Assembly: GCA_036337435.1 (NCBI GenBank)
Contig: JAYZEG010000013.1
Span: forward strand, 1-64,000
Reading direction: 5' to 3'
From: Myxococcota bacterium
Lineage (GTDB): Bacteria > Myxococcota_A > Bradymonadia > UBA7976 > UBA1532
DNA: 64,000 nt
Numbering within the stretch: position 1 is the first letter of the stretch; each line of letters starts with the position of its first letter. A program made the translations under genes and the position numbers. Positions 53,910 through 62,467 of the stretch are shown piece by piece. The notes under the pieces were generated by a model. The model saw only the letters and a list, made by a program, of their open reading frames with translations, ran no database searches and had not been told where the DNA came from.

Positions 53910-53972
53910 GTCTTCCTTTTGCGTGGTTCTCGAAAAAGATGCAAGACTCGTTTTCTATCCGGAGGTCATTTA

Positions 53973-54332
53973 ATGACGATAAAAGAGAGAGAAACCAACC
54001 ACAGCGTACGCCATATCAAACCCCTTGGACCCCGTATATTGATCAAGTTGGTCAAGCTTGAAGAACGCTCGGCAGCAGGTTTGTTTTTGCCGGAAGGCGT
54101 TAAAGAACAGCATGACGATGCAGCCTATGGCGAAGTCATCGAGGTGGCACGGGCTGAGTCCTCTGATGAACCCTCTTTGGGTGAAAATGTCAGCGGTGTT
54201 CCCATGGGCGCGAAGATTCTCTTTCCGAAGCACAAAGGGCTCACAGTCCCATGGGATGACACGCTTCGACTTCTCGAGGTCAAAGACGTCGTTGCTGTTG
54301 TCGAAGAAGTCAAGCTGAGCGATTTACAGTAG
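53973..54332 (+). CDS. Divergent GroES/Cpn10-family co-chaperonin
   Basis: IKPLGPRILIK, EERSAAGLFLP, GEVIEV, G.KILF.K..G, DVVAVVE; GGAGG SD. Confidence 0.8.
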   Translation: MTIKERETNHSVRHIKPLGPRILIKLVKLEERSAAGLFLPEGVKEQHDDAAYGEVIEVARAESSDEPSLGENVSGVPMGAKILFPKHKGLTVPWDDTLRLLEVKDVVAVVEEVKLSDLQ

Positions 54333-54442
54333 TTCAGTCTCAATCTTACTGAACGGAGACATCGACCTGGCCCTCGAGCCTGATGAGGCACAAGCGATGA
54401 GGGTTCGATGGGTTGTTTGGGTCGTTCACGCGACCAGCCCAC

Positions 54443-55024
54443 TTATGATTGATCCGCTGCCGCCACGACAGCCATCTCGAGGCGATCATTGCCCCAATAG
54501 AGTTCGTCGCCGACCACAAAAGACGGTGCGCCGAATGCGCCCGCATCCACGGCCTCCTGCGTGGTTTGCTTCAAGCGCTCTTTTACCGCTGGATCTTGAG
54601 TCGCGGTGAGTAGCTCATCGGCGAGGTCTCCCAGGGCGCCTTTGACCACATCGGGTTTTGAAATATCCTGATTGTGGACCCAAGCGGCTTGGAAAATCGA
54701 TAGGCTGAGCTGCTCTATGCAGTCCATCGGAGCCGCAGTCAGAGCCCGCATCGCGAGGAGCGAATTATGAGGAAAACTGTCAGAAAATGTAAACGGTATG
54801 TTCCATGATTTAGACCAACGACTCAGGTCCTTGAGCATATACTTTGCCCTCGCTGGTAGTGCGCCAGGCATCGTGTTACCGACGCTTCGAAAGACGCCGC
54901 CCAAGAGAAAGGGTGTCCATCGGACAGTGACGCTCGAGCGTCTGGCAACATCATTAATTCGCGCAGCAGAGATATAAGAATAGGGACTGGCGACGTCATA
55001 GTAGAATGTCAGTACTTTGCTCAT
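54443..55024 (-). CDS. 2-hydroxychromene-2-carboxylate isomerase / kappa-GST (DSBA-like) family
   Basis: FYYDVASPYSY, GAFGAPSF, YWGNDRL. Confidence 0.9.
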   Translation of the reverse strand: MSKVLTFYYDVASPYSYISAARINDVARRSSVTVRWTPFLLGGVFRSVGNTMPGALPARAKYMLKDLSRWSKSWNIPFTFSDSFPHNSLLAMRALTAAPMDCIEQLSLSIFQAAWVHNQDISKPDVVKGALGDLADELLTATQDPAVKERLKQTTQEAVDAGAFGAPSFVVGDELYWGNDRLEMAVVAAADQS

Positions 55025-55124
55025 GGGTAAAAGGCCTCCTATTGCGCGTCAGTTGGTCTAAGTTATATGGTTTCTAGAATGCCGTCCACGCCCTTAGGCC
55101 TGGTCGAAGTAAAGCGAGACATAC

Positions 55125-56303
55125 ATGCGCATCCTATTTTTCATCGTTGCCTTTACAATCGCCGTTAGTGCGTTGGTCGCAAGCCACGTCTACCTCTATC
55201 GACGCCTTTTTCGCGACACGGCGCGAGACAACCGCTGGCGTACTTTTGGCAGACGGCTATTGGTGATTTTGGGAATCGGATGTCTCATGGGTATCCCCAT
55301 CGCTCGGTATCTCAACGTGCCCGGTGGCACATATATCGGGCGGGTTTGGTATCTTTGGGGTGCACTGGCCGCTTTCTGCCTCGTGATTCTCTTGATCGGC
55401 GATGCTGTTCGCTGGGCTGCAAGCAAGTGGACGCGCCAACCTGAACTCGATGTTGAGCGCCGGGAGTTTTTTGCCCGAGGACTCGCCGGTGCAGCGACGG
55501 TGACCGCAGCCAGCATGGGGGGGTCGGGTGTGGCTCTGGCTCTCTCAGACCCAAACCTTGAGTCTGTTGATGTGCCCATTGAGACATTACCGCTCGCCCT
55601 CGATGGCTTTAAGATCGTCCAACTCTCGGACACTCATTTCGGACCGACGCTGCGCGAGGAGTTTGCCGACCATCTCGTTGAGCGGGTCAACCAACTGAGC
55701 CCGGATCTTGTTGCTCTGACCGGAGACCTCATCGACGGTTCCGTCGAAGATCTTGGATCTATCGTAAAGCGGCTGACACAAATTAAATCCCGACATGGCC
55801 TCTTTTTTGTCACGGGAAATCATGAGTATTACTCCGGAGCAAAACAGTGGGTTGATGCATTGTCTTCTTGGGGCGTCCGTGTGTTGCGCAATGAATGGGT
55901 TACCATTGAGCACGAGGGGGCAGCACTGGATCTTGTCGGCGTCGATGATTGGCGTGCCAGCCGGTTTCTGCCGGACCATGGGTATGATTTCGCCGCGGCC
56001 AATGCAGGCCGGGATCTCAAGCGGACTTCTGTTCTACTGTCTCATCAGCCAAAAGCCATTCATGACGCCTCCAAGGGGGAGATCGACTTGGTTTTATCAG
56101 GGCATACCCATGGCGGACAAATTTGGCCTGGAAAATACTTTGTAAAATTAATCCAGCCCTATGTGAGTGGGCTGCATAAACATTCAGAGCGGACCTGGAT
56201 TTATGTGCATTCCGGCACAGGCTACTGGGGCCCTCCAGTGCGCGTAGGGGTGCCTTCTGAAATCGCTTTGCTAAGGCTGAAAAAGGCCGCATCGCGCTCG
56301 TGA
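55125..56303 (+). CDS. Membrane-anchored YkuE-like metallophosphoesterase
   Basis: LSDTH, TGDLID, GNHEYY, LSHQP, SGHTHGGQ; three N-terminal TM helices followed by ERREFF. Confidence 0.92.
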   Translation: MRILFFIVAFTIAVSALVASHVYLYRRLFRDTARDNRWRTFGRRLLVILGIGCLMGIPIARYLNVPGGTYIGRVWYLWGALAAFCLVILLIGDAVRWAASKWTRQPELDVERREFFARGLAGAATVTAASMGGSGVALALSDPNLESVDVPIETLPLALDGFKIVQLSDTHFGPTLREEFADHLVERVNQLSPDLVALTGDLIDGSVEDLGSIVKRLTQIKSRHGLFFVTGNHEYYSGAKQWVDALSSWGVRVLRNEWVTIEHEGAALDLVGVDDWRASRFLPDHGYDFAAANAGRDLKRTSVLLSHQPKAIHDASKGEIDLVLSGHTHGGQIWPGKYFVKLIQPYVSGLHKHSERTWIYVHSGTGYWGPPVRVGVPSEIALLRLKKAASRS

Positions 56304-56413
56304 TCTCGTATGCGTTGAATTTCTAGACTTGACCCGGCAGCGATTACCCTTGAAACTGCAGCGCAATGGGTCTTAGAACCCGGTTCCTGTGTCAATCATT
56401 CAATGAGGAAATT

Positions 56414-56980
56414 ATGCTTGCAAAGATAAAATTAATTGGGTGCATCGTGTCCGTTGCCCTGAGCTTTGGCTGCGCAAAGAAAGATGCCGCGAGCGGTGAA
56501 GGGTCGGACAAAAAACCGGCCAAGGTCGAAACCGCGAAAGCACCGAAGGCTGATACGACGAAAGCTCAGAAGAAGACGGCGCGTGTCTTTTTCGTCACGC
56601 CAAAAGACGGCGCGAAAGTCGGGACTGAAGTCGAAGTGGAATTTGGACTTGAAGGCATGTCTATCGCACCGGCGGGAGAAGCGGTCGAAGACAAGACTAA
56701 AGGCCATCATCACCTCATCATTGATGCATCACCGATTCCGTACGGTGGGGTTGTTCCGATGGATGAAAAGCACATTCACTTTGGTAAGGGACAGACGAAA
56801 ACAAAGATCAAGCTTCAGCCTGGCAAGCACACCTTGACCATGCAATTTGCCGATGGGGCCCACAGGTCGTTTGGCAAAGCACTCAGTTCGACAATCACGG
56901 TCGAGGCCGTCGGACCTGCGCCCGCAGCGAAGCCGACATCAGCCCCCACGTCAGCACCCGCCTCAGCCCCGACAAAGTAG
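56414..56980 (+). CDS. DUF4399-like lipoprotein
   Basis: Lipobox LSFG-C; VFFVTPKDG, GHHHLIID, HFGKGQT, PGKHTLTMQFADGAH; Pro/Thr/Ser/Ala tail. Confidence 0.8.
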   Translation: MLAKIKLIGCIVSVALSFGCAKKDAASGEGSDKKPAKVETAKAPKADTTKAQKKTARVFFVTPKDGAKVGTEVEVEFGLEGMSIAPAGEAVEDKTKGHHHLIIDASPIPYGGVVPMDEKHIHFGKGQTKTKIKLQPGKHTLTMQFADGAHRSFGKALSSTITVEAVGPAPAAKPTSAPTSAPASAPTK

Positions 56981-57015
56981 AGTAGACGGCCGCGTCCCAG
57001 GTCGTGGGTCATTGG

Positions 57016-57576
57016 CTAGACCTGGATGCGGTTCTTCGTGAACCGACCGGTTCCGTAGGTATTAATGAGGCGCCGAATATTTCGCATTGATTCGTAATAG
57101 GCGTCTTGTGATGGCTCTGTTTTGTCCATCTCAGCGTATAGGTTCTTCAATGAACTGAGTAGCTCTGTCATTGATTCCTTATGCTCTGTGAGGCGGCCTT
57201 GCTTTTCGACGAGCTGTGAGTTTGTACTCTCCAATCGCTCAGCCAAATTTCTGAGGGCTTTCCCTTCTGTTTCTCGACCCTGGAGAAAGGCTGTGGCTTG
57301 AGTTGCGCTCAAATGAATAATGGTTGCCGATGACTCGGCGATCACGGTTGCCGAACGTTGGTTTCCTGTGAGAATTGTTGACTCGCCCACGTATGAACCT
57401 GGGTCTGTGATGCTCCCGATCTTGATCCCATTCCGATAAACATCGAGCCGACCAGACAGAAGAATGATCATCCCACCGCCCTCGGTGCCCTCTTCAAAGA
57501 GCACCTCGCCGGCGGCGACTGTCTGAGCTAGACTATGTATAGACTTGACTTCGGACACCACTTGCCCCCAAACCAT
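57016..57576 (-). CDS. Cyclic-nucleotide-binding domain protein with C-terminal coiled coil
   Basis: GEVLFEEG, LSGRLDV, VGESTIL...RSATV; no HTH evident. Confidence 0.8.
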   Translation of the reverse strand: MVWGQVVSEVKSIHSLAQTVAAGEVLFEEGTEGGGMIILLSGRLDVYRNGIKIGSITDPGSYVGESTILTGNQRSATVIAESSATIIHLSATQATAFLQGRETEGKALRNLAERLESTNSQLVEKQGRLTEHKESMTELLSSLKNLYAEMDKTEPSQDAYYESMRNIRRLINTYGTGRFTKNRIQV

Positions 57577-57649
57577 CCGTGTAAGACAATACCAGAAGTC
57601 CGAGGAATGACCTTATTTTTTAAGATCTTGTGTGTGGAGGGAAACAGAA

Positions 57650-59446
57650 ATGGGACTAAAGACAATACCCGCTCGGATCTTGGAGCTGGGCCGTCAGAGA
57701 CCACATGATCCAGCACTGTATCACTTTGAAAATGAACGCTGGTCTCATCTCACTTGGAGCGAGTATGCAGATCGCGCAACGGCTTTTGCGGCCGCTTTAC
57801 TCGCTCACGAGTGTCCATCGGGTCAAGGCATGGCGATCATGTCGGATGGTTGTCCCGAATGGTTGATCGCCGACGTCGGTGCCATGATGGCCGGTGTCGT
57901 TCCCGCCGGCGTTTATCAGACCTCGACCGCCGATCAAGTGGCGTACATCGTCGCCCATTGCGAAGCCCGTATTTTCGTTGTCCAAAATCGGGAAATCTGG
58001 TCACGGGTGTCGAGTCAACTGATGCAGTTGACCGACTTAAAACGGGTTGTACTCATCGAAGGGCAGGCCTTGGAGACTGAAGAGATTGTCTGCTCTTTTG
58101 AAGATTTTCTCGCCATGGGGTCACACCGAATTTCTGACGTAAAAACTCGTGTCGATGCCCTCCAAGATGACGACTTGGCTACTTTGATTTACACGAGCGG
58201 GACCACAGGGCCACCAAAGGGTGTGATGCTATCTCACCATAATTTGGCTTGGACCGCACAGATGCTCGACACCGCAGCCGGTGGGATCGTCGATGCGTCG
58301 GATTGTGTTGTGAGTTATTTGCCCCTGTCCCATATTGCGGAGCAAATGTTCTCCATCTATTTGCCGGCTACTTACGGCTTCCCTATCTGGTTTGCTGGCT
58401 CCCTCGATCGCTTAAAAGACACCCTGGTCCAGGCCCGGCCCACGATATTCCTTGCTGTCCCGAGGGTTTGGGAAAAGTTTAAGACTGCACTTGAGACCAA
58501 GCTCAATGCGGCGACTGGGCTGAAGTCACTGATCATCAATTGGGCCCGCGGCGTGGGTAGGCACAGTGGCCCAACTCTTTTTCTGCGCGGTCATTTGGAG
58601 GGCACGCTCAAGTACAAGCATGGCCTCGCAAGTCGATTGTTCTTCAAGCCACTCACCCGTCAGATCGGCCTTGACCGGCTTAAACTGGCTGTGTCGGGTG
58701 CAGCACCCATCGGCCGAGATGTCCTTGAGTTTTTTCAGTCATGCGGTCTCTTGATTCATGAGGTCTACGGTCAGTCCGAGGATACGGGACCGACCTCCTT
58801 TAATCGGCCCATCGGGGGAGAACGTCGTTTAGGTACTGTGGGAAAGCCCGTACCCGGTGTCGATGTTCGGATCGCGTCTGATGGTGAGATTTGTGTGCGG
58901 GGACCCAATGTGTTTCTTGGGTATTATAAAGACCCGGACGCAACGGAAGCGACACTGATTGATGGCTGGTTACAATCGGGAGATATTGGGGAATTCGACC
59001 CAGATGGCTTTTTGAAGATTACCGACCGTAAAAAAGACCTGCTCATCACAGCGGGTGGGAAAAACGTGGCACCTCAGAACATTGAGAGTCGCTTGCGTGC
59101 AATTTCGGGCGTCAGTCAAGCCGTTGTCATTGGAGACCGACGAAAATATTTGTCGGCACTGCTGACAATTGATGCGGAACAATTGCCTCATTTGTCATCG
59201 GTCCATGGTTGGCCTGGTGAGGCCAGTGACTGTGCAATCGATGAGACCGTCCGCCAGCATATCCAAAACGCCGTCGATGGTGTCAATGAGACCTTAGCTC
59301 GTTATGAGCAAATCAAGACCTTCTCTATTCTTCCTGTCGATTTTTCAGTAGAAGATGGGCAGTTGACACCCACGCAAAAAGTGAAGCGAAAAGTCGTCAC
59401 CGACATGTATCAGGCGGAAATTGAGCAGTTGTATGCGACCACTTAG
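57650..59446 (+). CDS. Long-chain fatty acid-CoA ligase
   Basis: YTSGTTGPPKG, YGQSE, SGDIG, DRKKDLL, LTPTQKVKR; GGAGG SD. Confidence 0.93.
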   Translation: MGLKTIPARILELGRQRPHDPALYHFENERWSHLTWSEYADRATAFAAALLAHECPSGQGMAIMSDGCPEWLIADVGAMMAGVVPAGVYQTSTADQVAYIVAHCEARIFVVQNREIWSRVSSQLMQLTDLKRVVLIEGQALETEEIVCSFEDFLAMGSHRISDVKTRVDALQDDDLATLIYTSGTTGPPKGVMLSHHNLAWTAQMLDTAAGGIVDASDCVVSYLPLSHIAEQMFSIYLPATYGFPIWFAGSLDRLKDTLVQARPTIFLAVPRVWEKFKTALETKLNAATGLKSLIINWARGVGRHSGPTLFLRGHLEGTLKYKHGLASRLFFKPLTRQIGLDRLKLAVSGAAPIGRDVLEFFQSCGLLIHEVYGQSEDTGPTSFNRPIGGERRLGTVGKPVPGVDVRIASDGEICVRGPNVFLGYYKDPDATEATLIDGWLQSGDIGEFDPDGFLKITDRKKDLLITAGGKNVAPQNIESRLRAISGVSQAVVIGDRRKYLSALLTIDAEQLPHLSSVHGWPGEASDCAIDETVRQHIQNAVDGVNETLARYEQIKTFSILPVDFSVEDGQLTPTQKVKRKVVTDMYQAEIEQLYATT

Positions 59447-61125
59447 TCCAGCTGTACCGAGAGCTGTCCGCGCCCGCCTCGGCCGGCTATCCAGTCGATG
59501 GTCGCTGTTCCATCGCCTTGCACAAGCCATGACAGCCGAGCTTGGTGACCGCGTTCCGGGAGGCTTGGGTAGATGGAATGAACGCCTCCTGGCGCAAATG
59601 AACCCCAGCCGTCGAGATGTTTCGTCCGAAGAACTGGTTGACCAGATGTCAGGACCGCGGTGTTTGGCAAATTTAACTCGGCCTGGACAACCGGTGTGCT
59701 GGGCAGGTTAACGCCGTGGGCGAGGCTGCTGGTCGACAGAAATCCTAGGTTCGCTAAAGTGAGCTGGATTTCGTAAATTGAGTCTCCATGATTGACGATG
59801 TTGACCGAGCTCTCAACTCGGGGGAGGCATCGTCTCACCCGATCGGCGACGAGTGTACCGCGCTTACATTCGGCTTCAAGCAGAGCAACCGGTGGGTTAC
59901 GGACGGTCCGCATATAGTCCAATCCCCCGACTTCGACCGAGCCCAGTTGAGGATGTTCGAGTTTTGTCCAGGGCTCCGTTGTATCGCCTCGTTCGGCAAA
60001 TCGCTTGATGACCTGCGCGATCATGTCGGGATCTGGGAACGAAAAGAACTCGGCTGGCTTATCGTGATCTATCCCGGCGTAGCCGAAAGGATCCCAGAGT
60101 TCCAATGTGTAGCCGGGGATTCCAAAAGTGGTGCTGATGGTGTCAGCCCAAACGCCAACGATTGAGGTATCGGGGTCGTATGTGAAGTCTGGATAGGTTT
60201 TGTAGACTTTGTAATCGGTGTCTCGGGCAGCATCGTTTGCGATGCGTTCCATCATTTGAATGTCAGCCCGCGGTAGAGGTGTGTCTTTTCGATAGGGCTG
60301 AGTCAGAATACAGCCTGTGTATGTGTGGTTGGTCACTGCGGCCCCAATGTGGGGATATCTGGCGAAGGTATCGACCAGTGCACGGCTTTCAGGCGCGCTC
60401 ATTGGATAGGTTCCGCCATCCATTCCAAACATACTAAATGGGGACCAATGGGCTGGAAAATTTCGGTTAAGGTCTAGGCCAAATTGTCGATGGGCGCGAA
60501 CCCAGGAGTGGCCGTCCCAATTGATAAAAGACCCTTCCTGACAGAAGAAATATGCTTGGTCGGCTGGGTCATCCAAGGTTCTTGGACGCATGAAAAAGGG
60601 ATTATCGGGGTCGATGACAAAGGCACCTGCTGGATGTTTCCAACGCATCCAACGAACGGTGTTGTCTCCTGTCAGGTCTTCTGTAATAAAACCGACTCTC
60701 GTAGACCCGTTGGGCGGCGGACGGAGGGTCGACCGGATAAAGGGCGACCCCTCCATCATGGCAGCGTAGCCATCGGGCGAAATGCAAGGCATTACGTACG
60801 CCGTTTGAGACTCAAAAAATGCGGTCTCCGGCCCATCATCAGCAGCCAGTTTTGATAGCCATTCGGAGACCGAATACAAAGCGGACATGACGCTGGTCCA
60901 CTCGGCTGCATGGGTCCCCCCGTCGAGCCAGAAACCAGGGCGTTGGTCTATCAGGGCATCTTGTTTTCCGATGACCAGCAGATAGATAGGACGCCCATGG
61001 TCTGTCCGACCGACAACCTCAAGCCTGACCCATTGAGGCAAAGCTTTTGGTTGGTCTTGCAACCAGGCTTCAATCTCGTCCCAAGTCAGGTAGCGATCAC
61101 CCGTATATGGTGTGTACAGCTTCAG
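59443..61125 (-). CDS. M14 zinc carboxypeptidase-family protein
   Basis: HAAE, SPDG, DLNRNFP, NHTY, TLELW. Family-like sequence DRYLTWDEIEAWL extends upstream of the ORF-track TTG (61062) toward a CTG at 61125. Confidence 0.88.
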   Translation of the reverse strand: MKLYTPYTGDRYLTWDEIEAWLQDQPKALPQWVRLEVVGRTDHGRPIYLLVIGKQDALIDQRPGFWLDGGTHAAEWTSVMSALYSVSEWLSKLAADDGPETAFFESQTAYVMPCISPDGYAAMMEGSPFIRSTLRPPPNGSTRVGFITEDLTGDNTVRWMRWKHPAGAFVIDPDNPFFMRPRTLDDPADQAYFFCQEGSFINWDGHSWVRAHRQFGLDLNRNFPAHWSPFSMFGMDGGTYPMSAPESRALVDTFARYPHIGAAVTNHTYTGCILTQPYRKDTPLPRADIQMMERIANDAARDTDYKVYKTYPDFTYDPDTSIVGVWADTISTTFGIPGYTLELWDPFGYAGIDHDKPAEFFSFPDPDMIAQVIKRFAERGDTTEPWTKLEHPQLGSVEVGGLDYMRTVRNPPVALLEAECKRGTLVADRVRRCLPRVESSVNIVNHGDSIYEIQLTLANLGFLSTSSLAHGVNLPSTPVVQAELNLPNTAVLTSGQPVLRTKHLDGWGSFAPGGVHSIYPSLPERGHQARLSWLVQGDGTATIDWIAGRGGRGQLSVQLD

Positions 61126-61128
61126 GGC

Positions 61129-62151
61129 TCAGTAAATCTTCAGCCAATCGAAATTATCGACATTCAACTGTGCATCGTCTTGAAACCAGGTCAGTGGGCC
61201 AACATAGGTGACACACGAGCCGGTCCCGACGATGGTGCTGGATGTTCGGAAGATGGCGGGTGCGCCAAATCCATAATTGATGCTCCAACACTTAGAACTG
61301 CCACCGCAGGTATTTGGCTCTCCTTCTAGAGTGCCTGTGATGCGAACCATCTGGTGCACGTCGGCTTCGGTAAAAGCGCGATCGGGCTCCATGACATAGA
61401 CGTCTTGGTCGACATCATCTAAGACCCAATCTGTGGCCCGCTCGATTTGCCCCTTAGCGTAGTAGCGTCCGAGTTGCGTTGCTCGAAATGAGATTTGTTG
61501 TCCAACTTGAATTGCAAATGGAGGCACTTCGTCGGCCGTGATGTCGGAGTGATAGAGGCGAACTTCCATCGTCCCGTCAGCGTCAGCGACCCAGAAAGAT
61601 GTTTGGCTTCGGGGGATATCTTGCTCACTCCGATAGCTAGTGGCAACGACCGTTGCACCCGTTACTTCGATGTCGACCTCTGTATTTTCGCCGTGCATCT
61701 CTGGCACAGCAGCCTTGATGTCTGCGATGCCTGCCGTGTAATCCGCAGCATAGGGTGTGAGGACGATGTTGCCTCCATCGGGCACATCTGAATTTGCCCC
61801 AGTCACTTGGCCCACAAAGGTGATTTCTTCAGGACAAACTCCGACAAACCCGCCGGTTCCGCCAGCACCGCCGCCAGTCCCAGCAGTGCCGCCGCCAGTC
61901 CCAGCGGTGCCGCCGCCAGTCCCAGCAGAGCCCCCGGTGCCGGCAGTCCCGCCACCGATGCCACCTGTCCCGCCACCGACGCCGCCGGTGCCACCGCCAA
62001 CGCCGCCCGTCACGATGTTTCCACCAGCACCAGCGCCGGCCACGCCGCCTGTTCCGCCTGCACCGCCTGTGTTCGGGTCGCTGCTTTCACCACAGCCGAC
62101 AGCCGCTGCAGCAACGACAATAAGTAATAGATTGGAGCGCAATGAATTCAT
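61129..62151 (-). CDS. Lipoprotein with Gly-rich linker and one uncharacterised ~235-aa module
   Basis: Lipobox AVG-C, GAGG SD, GGT/GGA-rich linker; module CPEEITF...FWVAD...CVTYVGP shared with the neighbouring gene. Confidence 0.8.
   Translation of the reverse strand: MNSLRSNLLLIVVAAAAVGCGESSDPNTGGAGGTGGVAGAGAGGNIVTGGVGGGTGGVGGGTGGIGGGTAGTGGSAGTGGGTAGTGGGTAGTGGGAGGTGGFVGVCPEEITFVGQVTGANSDVPDGGNIVLTPYAADYTAGIADIKAAVPEMHGENTEVDIEVTGATVVATSYRSEQDIPRSQTSFWVADADGTMEVRLYHSDITADEVPPFAIQVGQQISFRATQLGRYYAKGQIERATDWVLDDVDQDVYVMEPDRAFTEADVHQMVRITGTLEGEPNTCGGSSKCWSINYGFGAPAIFRTSSTIVGTGSCVTYVGPLTWFQDDAQLNVDNFDWLKIY
61868..61930 (-). repeat. 21-bp in-frame tandem repeat, about 3 copies, in the Gly-rich linker
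   Basis: CCGCCGCCAGTCCCAGC(A/G)GTG repeated; encodes TAGTGGG-type units. Confidence 0.7.
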
Positions 62152-62467
62152 TTTCTGTACATCCTCGTCTGACCAGTGCGGCTTTTGGCTCGCCCGGTCG
62201 GCTCAGTTGGGTCCATGTCCAGCCCAAACACGGTGCCGGCCCTCGGGTTATCACGACGTTTCACACACAGACCATCTACCAGCCCATAGGGGTTAAAATC
62301 AATCAACAAATCCGTGACCAAAGGACCAGTGGTGTTTCGACAAATTATGAATAGTGCCTACGATCAATGGCTTAGTCGCTTTGTACAAATACAATAAAAT
62401 TTCTAATCCAACGCTTTATTTGATTCCGATGGGGTAATGGCTGCATGATACGACCTAGGGCTCGACG

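Noticed and set aside
53493..53972. 160-aa N-terminal extension of the GroES-like ORF
   Set aside because: It is antisense to the 53247-53909 gene, and a GGAGG SD supports the ATG at 53973.
61129..61131. Selenocysteine recoding of the in-frame TGA
   Set aside because: No SECIS-like hairpin was recognised, the position is not a Cys-equivalent site, and the paralogous module ends at about the same point.
61757..62296. Pro-rich 179-aa plus-strand ORF
   Set aside because: Antisense mirror of the Gly-rich linker of 61129-62151.
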